A DNA stretch of 64,000 nt. Source: Acidimicrobiia bacterium. Its GTDB lineage: Bacteria > Actinomycetota > Acidimicrobiia > Spongiisociales > UBA11373. This document shows, one piece after another, positions 1 to 9,138 of the stretch. The stretch is from NCBI GenBank assembly GCA_040878325.1, contig JBBDMM010000010.1, positions 186,001 to 250,000 of the forward strand. The letters are read 5' to 3'. The position numbers and the translations under genes are program-made. The stretch's first letter is position 1, and each line of letters opens with the position of its first letter. Under the pieces are notes generated by a model. That model saw nothing but the letters and a program-made list of their open reading frames with translations, ran no database searches and was not told the origin of the DNA.

Positions 1-66
1 GACGACCGCCGCGCTGTGTGGGAGCAACGCCTCGACGCCCTGGAACACCACCTGGAGGAAGCATGA
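1..66 (+). CDS. C-terminal fragment of probable ArsR/SmtB-family regulator (runs off window)
   Basis: Frame 1 reads DDRRAVWEQRLDALEHHLEEA*; W..RLDAL tail and ATGA overlap with an SRPBCC gene are typical of ArsR-SRPBCC pairs. Confidence 0.6.
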   Translation, partial: DDRRAVWEQRLDALEHHLEEA

Positions 67-503
67 CCGACACGATCGATGCCAAAGGGTTCGTCCTGCG
101 CCGCCGCTACCGGGCCACCCGGGAGCGCCTGTTCCGGGCGTTCACCGACCCCGACGAGATGCGCGGCTGGTACGCCCCCGTCGTCGGTTGGGAGGTCTCG
201 CACGCCGAGGTCGACCCCAGAGAGGGCGGCGGATACCACCTCGAATTCGGCCCGCCGGGCGGCGACCAGATCATCGAGAAGGGGATCTTCCGAGAGTTCG
301 ACTCACCGAACCGACTGGTGTTCGAGGTGGCGCTGTCGGGTGGGATCGACGAGGCCACCCGGGTCACCGTCGAGTTCCTCGACCACGGAGACGAGACCGA
401 GGTAGTGGTCAGCGAGACCGGCTACTCCAGCGAGGAGATCTCCCGGCGGCACGCGGGCGGATGGACCACCATGCTCGAGCAGTTGCGCGGGGTGGTGGGC
501 TGA
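63..503 (+). CDS. SRPBCC/AHSA1 (START-like) domain protein
   Basis: RLFRAFTDPDEMRGW, VDPREGGGY, GWTTMLEQL motifs; GGAGG upstream of ATG 63. Confidence 0.9.
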   Translation: MTDTIDAKGFVLRRRYRATRERLFRAFTDPDEMRGWYAPVVGWEVSHAEVDPREGGGYHLEFGPPGGDQIIEKGIFREFDSPNRLVFEVALSGGIDEATRVTVEFLDHGDETEVVVSETGYSSEEISRRHAGGWTTMLEQLRGVVG

Positions 504-524
504 CATTCGTCTCGACGCTGTCAC

Positions 525-562
525 GGCTCCTGGTACCGCTCAAGGGGCGGCACCAGGAAGCC
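525..562. terminator. Imperfect hairpin between convergent genes
   Basis: ggct-cctggt-a-ccgctc-aag-gggcgg-c-accagg-a-agcc; no U-tract. Confidence 0.4.
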
Positions 563-633
563 CTCGAACACCGACCGGCTAGGCGAATCACGAAATCTCC
601 CCGAGTCTTGCGGCATGGACCATCATCGGGTAT

Positions 634-1488
634 TCATCCGACCTTGTAGAGAACGCGGGACTTCCCTGTGCCTCGCAACTCATGGGTCCCGAACTCGACG
701 AGAGCGATGTCGGCGTCGCTGACCAGCCCTGCCGTCACGTCCGAGATCAGAGTCTCTCCGGGGCCGGCCAGAGCGAGGATGCGGGCCGCCTCGTGGACGG
801 TCACGCCGGAGATGTCTTCGCTGGCGAGGTCCACTTCGCCCGTATGGATGCCGATCCTGATGCGGAGGCCCAACGATCCCAGGGCCTCGTGGAGGGCGGG
901 GGCGCATCTGATGGCGCGCGCCGCCCCGTCAAACGTCGCCAGGACGCCGTCGCCCGTGGTCGACACCAGGCGGCCCCGGAAGCGAGCAAGGGTGTCGCCA
1001 ACGATGTTCCCATGCTGGGCGAGAAGCTCGCCCCATCGGGTTGGCCCGAGAGACGTCGCCGTTCCCGTGGAGTCGACCAGGTCGGTGAAAAGCACGGTGA
1101 GCAGGACCCGTCGGCTCAAACTGTCGAGCGGCGAGAGCCAGCTGCGTACCCCCGTCCAATCGATCGTCACGCACTCCTCACCGCCGACGATCCAGCCGTC
1201 GTGGTGGGCAGGGATGTCGAACACCTCCCCGGGGCCCACCTCGAACTCTTCGCCGGTCGCCAACTGCACATGCATTATTCCCGATACCAGCAGGCCGATG
1301 TGTCGGACCTCACACCACTCCGTTCCCACCAAAGGTGCGACATGGGTCGACCACCGGAAACCAGCGGCGTGGACCGTGCGCGCCAGCCCGAATCCGCCGA
1401 TTTCGAGAATCTCGGAGTGCACCAATCCGGGCACGTCGACGACCTCGTCGGGTTCTGAGAAACGCCTTACGACTGGTTTCGAGTCCAC
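634..1488 (-). CDS. Cupin domain fused to class III adenylate/guanylate cyclase domain
   Basis: N-terminal GFRWSTHV..C..H..SG..HDGW cupin pattern; C-terminal LFTDLVDST, TGDG, RIGIHTGEV, VHEAARI. Confidence 0.85.
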   Translation of the reverse strand: MDSKPVVRRFSEPDEVVDVPGLVHSEILEIGGFGLARTVHAAGFRWSTHVAPLVGTEWCEVRHIGLLVSGIMHVQLATGEEFEVGPGEVFDIPAHHDGWIVGGEECVTIDWTGVRSWLSPLDSLSRRVLLTVLFTDLVDSTGTATSLGPTRWGELLAQHGNIVGDTLARFRGRLVSTTGDGVLATFDGAARAIRCAPALHEALGSLGLRIRIGIHTGEVDLASEDISGVTVHEAARILALAGPGETLISDVTAGLVSDADIALVEFGTHELRGTGKSRVLYKVG

Positions 1489-1558
1489 GCGCCCCCTCGG
1501 CTCGCTCCAAGTCTGCCATCTAGTCGAGACGGCGCGCTGGTTGCTCGACGGTTGAGGG

Positions 1559-2785
1559 TCAGGGCCCGACCAGCGGGTAAAGCCACACCGCCGGATCGCC
1601 TACCGGTCGGGTTCCGTCCGCACCGGCCGCCACCAGGCCGGGTCCACCGGTGGTGACGGTGTTCATCCACCGATGCCCCGGCTCGGCGAAGGCGGCGGCT
1701 TCAATCTGAGCCCAGGTGGTCCCGTCGGCCGACAGCCAGACGGCCGGGATCCGGTTCCCGGCGATCGTCGTGTCGTAACCCACGGCGACGAAGCCTTGGG
1801 GGCCGTAGGTCATCGCCGACACCCGTTGCACCAGGGGAAGGGCAAACGTCTCCTCGGCGACCCGGGTCCACGCCTGCCCGTCGGTGGACACCCACACGGC
1901 CACGTCGTTGTCCACGCCGGGCCGGCCGAGGATGTTGGTACCCGCCGCCACGTACCCCTCGGGGCCGGCGCTCACCGCACTGACGAACTGCCAACCCGGG
2001 CCCTCGAAGATGGGGTCGTCGACGAGCGACCAGGAGAGCCCGTCAGGCGACACCCAGACCCGGGCGTCCATGTGGAAGAGCCCGAACTGGTTGGGCCAGT
2101 AGTTGGATCCAGCCGCGACGAGTCCATGCTCGCCCACCGTGATCGAGTAGATCCGCTGGTGGCCGAACCCTCCAAGGGCGGGATCGAACACCCGCCTCCA
2201 CTGGAGGCCGTCGGGCGACACCCAGACGGCGGCGTCCACCTGGTTGCCCGACATGTCGTGACCCGCTGCGACGAAGCCGGAGTCGGTGGCGACGACCGTG
2301 CGAATCTCCTGGTCACCGTCGTCGTTGAATCCGGGATCCAGCACTCTGATCCATTCCGTTCCGTCGACCGATGCCCACACTGCGGCGTCGAAGTTCCCAC
2401 CCGAGCCGTCGAAGCCGACCGCGATGATCCCCGGCCCGCCCCAGGCGAGGTCGTGGATCCCCTGGGCCTGCGGCCCCCCAAACAGGGGGCTGAGCACCCG
2501 GGTCCATGAGGTGCCGTCGGGGGAGATCCAGATGACGGCATCGGGGTCGGTCTGTGAAGAGTCGATACCGCTGGCGACGAGCCCGTCACCGGCCTCGATC
2601 ACGTCGGTTATCCACTGGTACCCGTTGTCGAGCAGGGATTCGTCGTCGGTGCGGATCCACTCACCTACCCGCAGCGCCGGGAGCCCGGCGGTCGTCGTCA
2701 CGTCGACCTGGATAGGCGCGCTGCGGCTACCCCCCGAGCACGAAGCGAGGAGCGTGGCGGCGAGGACGAGCGATCGGCGGACCAG
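1559..2785 (-). CDS. Putative lipoprotein with Asp-box/BNR-like repeats (beta-propeller); probable CTG start
   Basis: Six W-x-S-x-D-G-x-x-W motifs in ~55-aa repeats; in-frame extension upstream of GTG 2701 encodes LVRRSLVLAATLLASC lipobox. Confidence 0.75.
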   Translation of the reverse strand: MVRRSLVLAATLLASCSGGSRSAPIQVDVTTTAGLPALRVGEWIRTDDESLLDNGYQWITDVIEAGDGLVASGIDSSQTDPDAVIWISPDGTSWTRVLSPLFGGPQAQGIHDLAWGGPGIIAVGFDGSGGNFDAAVWASVDGTEWIRVLDPGFNDDGDQEIRTVVATDSGFVAAGHDMSGNQVDAAVWVSPDGLQWRRVFDPALGGFGHQRIYSITVGEHGLVAAGSNYWPNQFGLFHMDARVWVSPDGLSWSLVDDPIFEGPGWQFVSAVSAGPEGYVAAGTNILGRPGVDNDVAVWVSTDGQAWTRVAEETFALPLVQRVSAMTYGPQGFVAVGYDTTIAGNRIPAVWLSADGTTWAQIEAAAFAEPGHRWMNTVTTGGPGLVAAGADGTRPVGDPAVWLYPLVGP

Positions 2786-2873
2786 GATGCCCTCCTGTCC
2801 ACGGAGCTGGACCCGACCAGGATGCCAGATGTGGCGTCGCCGTGTGCCCCGGTGCCAGTTAGCCTCGATGACG

Positions 2874-3968
2874 ATGTTCCCTGACTTCGACTACTCGTCT
2901 CGCCTCGACCGTTTGCGTGCCCTCATGGCGGGCCAGGCCGTCGAGGTCGCCCTTCTCTCCGTGGGGGCCGACCTTCCCTACTTCACCGGATATGAGGCGA
3001 TGCCGCTCGAGCGGCTCACCATGCTGGTGGTGCCTGCCGACGACGAGGCCACCTTGGTCGTGCCCCGTCTGGAAGCCCCCCGAGTGATGGATCGCGGCGC
3101 CTTTTCAGTGCGGGACTGGGGGGAGACCGACGACCCGGTTGAGATCGTGGGCGGCATCGTGGGTCCCCGCACTCGTGCGGTGATCGCCGATCCCACCTGG
3201 TCGATCTTTCTGCTCGGTCTGCAGTCGCTCATCCCCAAGGCGTCGTTCGCCTCGGCGACCCCGCTGACGAGGGAGCTGCGGATGCGCAAGGAGCCCGAGG
3301 AGATCCGCTGGCTCCGCCATGCGGCCGAGGCCACCGATCGAGTGGTCGCACGGCTTGACGAGGTTTCCTTCGCCGGACGGTCCGAGCGGGCAGTGGCCGG
3401 CGACATCGCGGCCATGACCGTCGCCGAGGGGCACGACGTCTCGACTTTCACGATCCTGGCCTCTGGCCCCAATTCGGCATCTCCGCACCACGAGACCGGC
3501 GATCGGGTTGTCACCGAAGGCGACTCGATCGTGCTCGACTTCGGGGGCCGGGCGCACGGATACCACTCCGACACCACCCGTACGCTCCATGTCGGTCCGC
3601 CCTCCGCTCGGTACAGCGCGGCATTCGACGTGCTCGAGCGGGCGCAGGCTGCGGGCCGGGCCGCGGTGGTCCCCGGGGTGCCGGCCCAGGAGATCGATCG
3701 GGCCACCCGGGCCGCGATCGCCGACGCCGGATATGGCGATTTTTTCATCCATCGCACCGGGCACGGGATCGGTATCGAAGGTCACGAGCACCCGTACATC
3801 GTCGAGGGCAACGAACTCCCGGTCGAGACGGGCATGACCTTCTCGATCGAGCCCGGGATCTACGTGCCCGGCGAGTTCGGCATGCGGATCGAGGACATCG
3901 TGGCGGTAGGACCTGATGGCATCGACGAACTGAACCGGTCCGATCGCAGCCTGCGAGTGGTGGCATGA
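2874..3968 (+). CDS. Xaa-Pro peptidase, M24 family
   Basis: PHH, LDFGG, SDTTRT, HRTGHGIG, SIEPGIY, RIEDIV; start 2874 or 2868. Confidence 0.92.
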   Translation: MFPDFDYSSRLDRLRALMAGQAVEVALLSVGADLPYFTGYEAMPLERLTMLVVPADDEATLVVPRLEAPRVMDRGAFSVRDWGETDDPVEIVGGIVGPRTRAVIADPTWSIFLLGLQSLIPKASFASATPLTRELRMRKEPEEIRWLRHAAEATDRVVARLDEVSFAGRSERAVAGDIAAMTVAEGHDVSTFTILASGPNSASPHHETGDRVVTEGDSIVLDFGGRAHGYHSDTTRTLHVGPPSARYSAAFDVLERAQAAGRAAVVPGVPAQEIDRATRAAIADAGYGDFFIHRTGHGIGIEGHEHPYIVEGNELPVETGMTFSIEPGIYVPGEFGMRIEDIVAVGPDGIDELNRSDRSLRVVA

Positions 3969-5893
3969 CCACCGACCAGCTGGCCGTCGACACGATCAGA
4001 GCCCTGGCCATGGACGCCGTCCAGCGCGCCGAGAGCGGCCACCCGGGGATGCCGATGGGAATGGCCGACATCGCGGTGGTGCTGTGGACCCGCCACCTGA
4101 TGGTGGACCCAACCGATCCGCACTGGCACGATCGCGATCGATTCGTGGTCTCCAATGGGCACGGCTCGATGCTCCTCTACTCGCTGCTGCACCTCGCCGG
4201 CTTCGACATCTCGATGGATGACATCCGGAACTTTCGGCAAATCGGATCACCGACCCCGGGGCACCCCGAACGGGACCAGGACCGTGGGATCGAGACCACC
4301 ACCGGACCGCTCGGCCAGGGGTTCGGCACTGCAGTCGGGATGGCGATTGCAGAAGCCCACCTGCGTGCGGTCCTGGGCCCCGAGCTGGTGGACCATCGCA
4401 CCTACGCCCTCGTCAGCGACGGCGACCTCATGGAGGGGATCTCATCCGAGGCAGCGTCGTTCGCCGGACGGCTGCGGCTGGGCCGGCTCGTCTACCTGTA
4501 TGACGACAACGAGATCTCCATCGATGGCGACACCGACATCACATTCACCGAAGATGTCGGTGCCCGATTCGCCGCGTACAACTGGCACGTGCTCGATGTC
4601 GACGGGCACGACCGGGAGGCGGTGGACCAGGCCATCACGGCCGCCAAGGCTGACGATCGACCCAGCCTCATCGTCTGCCACACCAAGATCGCTCATGGCG
4701 CACCCACCAAGGAAGGCACCGCCGAGGCTCACGGCAACCCGCTCGGTGAGGAGGAGATCGCGGCCACGAAGCGGGGGATGGGGTGGCCGGTCGATTCCAA
4801 GTTCGAGGTACCCGACGAGGTTTACGCACTGTTCCGTGAAGCCATGGTCAAGGGCACAGCTGCCCGGAAGGAGTGGGAAGGACGGCGGGCCTCGGCGTCG
4901 GACGAGGAGTGGGACGCCTTCTTCGCTCCGCCACCGGTGGAAGTCGGCGACCTCGGATTCGCAGTCGGAGCATCGGTGGCCACCCGCAAGGCGTCGGGCA
5001 AGGCGATCAACGCCATCGCCCCGTTCTACCCGGGGCTCCTCGGCGGGTCGGCCGACCTCGCTCCATCGACCAACACCCTCATCGAAGGGAGTCCCGAGTT
5101 CCAGGACGACTACGCCGGCCGCAACTTCCGATTCGGGGTGCGGGAACACGCGATGGGGGCAGCCGTCAACGGGATGGCAATCCACGGTGGGCTACGCCCC
5201 TACGGAGCGACCTTCCTCACCTTCAACGACTACATGCGTCCGGCGACCCGGCTGGCCGCGCTGATGCACGCCCCCAGCATCTTCATCTACACCCACGACT
5301 CGGTGTTCCTCGGCGAGGACGGCCCGACGCATCAGCCGATCGAGCACCTGGCTTCGCTGCGGGCGATGCCGAACATGTGGGTGATCCGCCCGGCCGACGC
5401 CGGCGAAGCCGGGGAAGCGTGGGAGATGGCGCTGCGCCGCACCGATGGGCCGTCGTGCCTGATCCTGACGCGCCAGGGCCTGCCGGTGCTGGAGCGGCCG
5501 CAGGGGTCGCTGCATCTGGGTGGATACGTCATCCGCCAGGGTGACGATGCCGTCCTGGTCGCCACCGGATCGGAGGTGTGGGTCGCCCTTGCCGCCGCCG
5601 AGCGCCTGGTCGACGCCGGCATCTCCTTGCGAGTCGTCTCACTCCCGTGCTGGGAGGCGTTCTTCGAGCAGGACGCCACTTATCGGGAGTCAGTGCTCGG
5701 CCCGGACCTTCCCCGGGCGTCGCTCGAGGCTGCCGCCACTTTCGGCTGGGAGCGGATCGTCGGATCGGACGGCCTTGCCATCGGCATCGACCACTTCGGC
5801 GAATCCGCCCCCTGGGAGGATCTAGCCAAGGCCTATGGATTCACCCCGGAGGCAGTCGCGGCGCGCGTGATCGAGTGGTTGAAGTCGAGGTAG
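3965..5893 (+). CDS. tkt: Transketolase
   Basis: SGHPG, DRDRFVVSNGH, GDLMEG, FGVREHAM, THDS..GEDGPTHQP. Confidence 0.97.
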   Translation: MTTDQLAVDTIRALAMDAVQRAESGHPGMPMGMADIAVVLWTRHLMVDPTDPHWHDRDRFVVSNGHGSMLLYSLLHLAGFDISMDDIRNFRQIGSPTPGHPERDQDRGIETTTGPLGQGFGTAVGMAIAEAHLRAVLGPELVDHRTYALVSDGDLMEGISSEAASFAGRLRLGRLVYLYDDNEISIDGDTDITFTEDVGARFAAYNWHVLDVDGHDREAVDQAITAAKADDRPSLIVCHTKIAHGAPTKEGTAEAHGNPLGEEEIAATKRGMGWPVDSKFEVPDEVYALFREAMVKGTAARKEWEGRRASASDEEWDAFFAPPPVEVGDLGFAVGASVATRKASGKAINAIAPFYPGLLGGSADLAPSTNTLIEGSPEFQDDYAGRNFRFGVREHAMGAAVNGMAIHGGLRPYGATFLTFNDYMRPATRLAALMHAPSIFIYTHDSVFLGEDGPTHQPIEHLASLRAMPNMWVIRPADAGEAGEAWEMALRRTDGPSCLILTRQGLPVLERPQGSLHLGGYVIRQGDDAVLVATGSEVWVALAAAERLVDAGISLRVVSLPCWEAFFEQDATYRESVLGPDLPRASLEAAATFGWERIVGSDGLAIGIDHFGESAPWEDLAKAYGFTPEAVAARVIEWLKSR

Positions 5894-5923
5894 AGACGGC
5901 CATGCTCCGACGGCCGTAGGCAC

Positions 5924-7651
5924 TCAGTCGCGCGACGCGTCGATGTATCCCTGTGACTCGAGGTGGAGGATGATTCGCTGGGCGGCGTGCTCGGGGGTGA
6001 TGTCGGAGGTGTCGATCACCACGTCGGCGTCGGCAGGTTCCTCATAGGGATCCGAAATCCCGGTGAACTCCTTGATGATCCCGGCGCGGGCCTTGGCGTA
6101 CAGTCCCTTGCGGTCGCGGGACTCGCACACGTCGATCGGCGTCGAGATCCACACCAGTTCGAACCCTCCTACCGGCTCGATCGTCTCGCGAACCAGGCGG
6201 CGCACCTCGTCATAGGGGGCGATGGGGGCGCAGATGGCGATGCCGCCGTTCTTGGTGATCTCCGACGCCACGTAGCCGATGCGGGTGATGTTCAGGTCGC
6301 GGTGCTCCTTGGAGAATCCCAACTCCGACGAGAGGTTCTTGCGGACGATGTCGCCATCGAGCAGCGTCACCGGACGGCCGCCCATCTCCAGGAGCTTGAT
6401 CCGCAGCACGTTGGCGACGGTCGATTTGCCCGACCCCGACAAGCCGGTCATGAAGATCGTGAAGCCCTGACGGCTACGCGGGGGATGGGTCTTGCGAAGC
6501 TCATCGGCGACCTGAGCGAACGTGAACCACTCCGGGATCTCACGACCGTCCTGGAGCCGATCACGCAGGTCGGTGCCGGATATCGAGAGTGTCTTGGTGC
6601 CGTCGGCCACCTCGTCCATCGGGCGGTATTCATCCTCATCCGGGAGGTACACCATCATCTTGAACGGCACCATGCCCACGCCGAGCTCCTCCTCGAACTG
6701 GGAGAGCATCTCCTGGGCGTCGTACGGCCCGTAGAAGGGCTGGCCACTCGAGTCGTCGCCCGGCCCGGCGTGGTCGCGGCCCACGATGAAGTAGGTGCAG
6801 CCGTGGTTCTTGCGGATGATGGCGTGCCACACCGCCTCGCGCGGTCCGGCCATCCGCATGGCGAGGGGGAGCAGTGCCAGCTCGGCCGTGTTATTGGGGT
6901 ACCGCGACATGACGGCTTGATAGGCGCGCACCCGGGTGTAGTGGTCCACATCTCCGGGCTTGGTCATCCCGACCACGGGGTGGATCAACAGATTGGCCTT
7001 GACCTCGCGGGCAGCGCGGACCGTGAGTTCGAGGTGGGCCCGGTGCATCGGGTTGCGGGTCTGGAACGCCACGATCCTTCGCCAGCCTCGTCGGGCGAAA
7101 CGCTGACGGACCTCGGCCGGAGTCATTCGCAGCGTGGCGAAGTCGTAGTGGTGGGGGAGGCCGACGGCTTCGATCGTGCCTCCGACGTACCAGGGGTGGG
7201 TGCGGTCGAGCAGGTGGGCGACGCCGGGGTGCTTGCGATCGGTGGTGCCGAACACCTGGCGGGCTTCCTCCTCGCGGTCCGGCTGCCACACATCCGAAAC
7301 CCGGAGCGCGCCCAGCATCACTCCCTCGTCGTCGCGGAGGGCCAGCATGTCGCCCTCCGCGAGTGATTTCGCCAATTCCTCGGGCACGTCGAGCGTGATC
7401 GGGATCGGCCACAACGTGCCATCGGCGAGTCGCATCTCGTCGCGCACCCGCTCGTAGTCGGCTCGCCCGAGAAATCCGGTCAATGGCGAGAACCCACCGT
7501 TTGCCAACAACTCGTAGTCGCAGAGGTGCCGGGGCGACAGGTCGAGGGACGGCCAGTCGCGTGACTGTTCTTTCATCTCGTCGGCGCGAGCCTGGTCGAC
7601 GATCAGGTCGACGAGAGAGCCGCCGTGGGGCGCGATCAGGCTGTCGGACAC
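5924..7651 (-). CDS. sat: Bifunctional sulfate adenylyltransferase / adenylyl-sulfate kinase (Sat-CysC)
   Basis: PHGG, FQTRNPMHRAH, GRDHAG; C-terminal [33 protein letters not shown] 7651 with GGAAGGA RBS. Confidence 0.95.
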   Translation of the reverse strand: MSDSLIAPHGGSLVDLIVDQARADEMKEQSRDWPSLDLSPRHLCDYELLANGGFSPLTGFLGRADYERVRDEMRLADGTLWPIPITLDVPEELAKSLAEGDMLALRDDEGVMLGALRVSDVWQPDREEEARQVFGTTDRKHPGVAHLLDRTHPWYVGGTIEAVGLPHHYDFATLRMTPAEVRQRFARRGWRRIVAFQTRNPMHRAHLELTVRAAREVKANLLIHPVVGMTKPGDVDHYTRVRAYQAVMSRYPNNTAELALLPLAMRMAGPREAVWHAIIRKNHGCTYFIVGRDHAGPGDDSSGQPFYGPYDAQEMLSQFEEELGVGMVPFKMMVYLPDEDEYRPMDEVADGTKTLSISGTDLRDRLQDGREIPEWFTFAQVADELRKTHPPRSRQGFTIFMTGLSGSGKSTVANVLRIKLLEMGGRPVTLLDGDIVRKNLSSELGFSKEHRDLNITRIGYVASEITKNGGIAICAPIAPYDEVRRLVRETIEPVGGFELVWISTPIDVCESRDRKGLYAKARAGIIKEFTGISDPYEEPADADVVIDTSDITPEHAAQRIILHLESQGYIDASRD

Positions 7652-7770
7652 GATGCGGTTCCTTCCGGACGAGGGCCGCAGGCGATGGCGCCGCGGCGGG
7701 GCCCCCAGTGTACCGGGTCGCGTTTCAGCCCCCGGAGGGGTCAGGAGGGGCTGCCCTAGACTCGCCCGCC

Positions 7771-8424
7771 TTGGATCCTTCTCTCGTCCTCTCCGCGTGG
7801 GCCAGCGGCATCGCCGCGGGGTTGGCGCTGGTCGCAGCCTGGCGTGTCGTCGGATCCGGGTACGCCCTCCTCGCGGCGGGGGTGGCGCTCCTCTTCGGTA
7901 TCCCGGCGGCATTGGCCGGCGGGGGTCCGGCGGCGTGGGCGGGCTGCGGGCTGGTGTTGATGGCGGCGGCGATGTCGCGTCGCCCTCCTGCGGTTGTGAT
8001 CCTGGCGGCGGCGGCCGCCTGTTCGTTCGGTGCCGCCGCCGCGCTCGCCGACCGCCCGCTCCTTGCCATCTCCGGGGGGTTGTTTCTCGGGGCGGTGACC
8101 AGCGAGATGATGCTCGGGCACTGGTACCTGGTCGACCCGCGCCTGCCGCGGCCCGCCCTTCGGCGGCTCGCCATCATCGGAGCGGCCGGGGGTGTCATCG
8201 ACGCGGCGCTGGTCGCGGCCCACGGAGGCGTGCCGTGGGCTCCGGCCGAAGCAGTGACGGGCTGGGCGTTCGTGGTGCTGGCGGCCACCACGGTCCTGCT
8301 CATGGTGGCCGTCGGCCTGGCGCTACGGGAGCGGGGCTACTCGGGGGTGATGGCCGCCACCGGCCTCTCTTATCTCGCCATGCTCACCGCCGCCGGCGCG
8401 ATGGTCCTGGGAAGGATGCTGTAG
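7771..8424 (+). CDS. Polytopic membrane protein of unknown function
   Basis: About 7 hydrophobic segments; MMLGHWYLVDP and MAATGLSYLA motifs; TTG start 8 nt after TAGACT. Confidence 0.7.
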   Translation: MDPSLVLSAWASGIAAGLALVAAWRVVGSGYALLAAGVALLFGIPAALAGGGPAAWAGCGLVLMAAAMSRRPPAVVILAAAAACSFGAAAALADRPLLAISGGLFLGAVTSEMMLGHWYLVDPRLPRPALRRLAIIGAAGGVIDAALVAAHGGVPWAPAEAVTGWAFVVLAATTVLLMVAVGLALRERGYSGVMAATGLSYLAMLTAAGAMVLGRML

Positions 8425-8538
8425 AGAGTCAAGAGCCAAGATTCAAGAATCAAGAAGCGCGACTCGCAGTCGGAGATACGACGGATCTCGGATCTGCGAT
8501 TCGGACGAGCTCTTGGCTCTTGACTCTTGGCTCTTGGC
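8425..8538. repeat. Intergenic inverted pair of tandem heptamer arrays (CAAGA core)
   Basis: agagtca-agagcca-agattca-agaatca ... gctcttg-gctcttg-actcttg-gctcttg. Confidence 0.9.
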
Positions 8539-8580
8539 GGAGCCCGGCGAAGCCGGGCGACCCCTTACACTCCGCCCCGC

Positions 8581-9138
8581 ATGAAGATCTACACCAGGCG
8601 GGGTGACGACGGGTCGACCGGGCTGTTTCATGGGGGCAGGGTGGCGAAGGACGAGACCGGGCCTGAGGCTTACGGGACGGTCGACGAGGCGGTTTCGGCA
8701 CTCGGGGTGGCCCGGGCCCTCGCCTCAGGGGACCTGGCCGACCAGATTCTCAGTGTTCAGCGTGACCTGTTCGTCGTGGCGGCGGAGCTGGCCACTTCGG
8801 CGGAGCGTCGCGGCTTGCTGGAAGCGGGGGTGTCGCTCACCACTGCGTCGATGGTGGTCGCCCTCGAGGCGCGGATCGACGACATCGAAGCCGAGCGCGG
8901 CCTGCCGAACGAGTTCATCGTCCCCGGCGGATCGCCGGTGGCGGCGGCGCTCGACCTCGCCCGGTCTATCACTCGCCGGGCCGAGCGGCGAGCGGTGACT
9001 CATGTCCGTCACTCGGGCATCGAGGACTCATTCGTGGTGCCCTACCTCAACCGGCTCGCCGACTATTTGTATGTACTCGCCCGCTCGGCCGAGGCCGCGT
9101 GGATACCCAGCCGAACCGAAGCAGAGGAGAGCGGATGA
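8581..9138 (+). CDS. PduO-type ATP:cob(I)alamin adenosyltransferase
   Basis: MKIYTRRGDDGSTGL, AYGTVDE, ARSITRRAER, YLNRLADYLY. Confidence 0.93.
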   Translation: MKIYTRRGDDGSTGLFHGGRVAKDETGPEAYGTVDEAVSALGVARALASGDLADQILSVQRDLFVVAAELATSAERRGLLEAGVSLTTASMVVALEARIDDIEAERGLPNEFIVPGGSPVAAALDLARSITRRAERRAVTHVRHSGIEDSFVVPYLNRLADYLYVLARSAEAAWIPSRTEAEESG

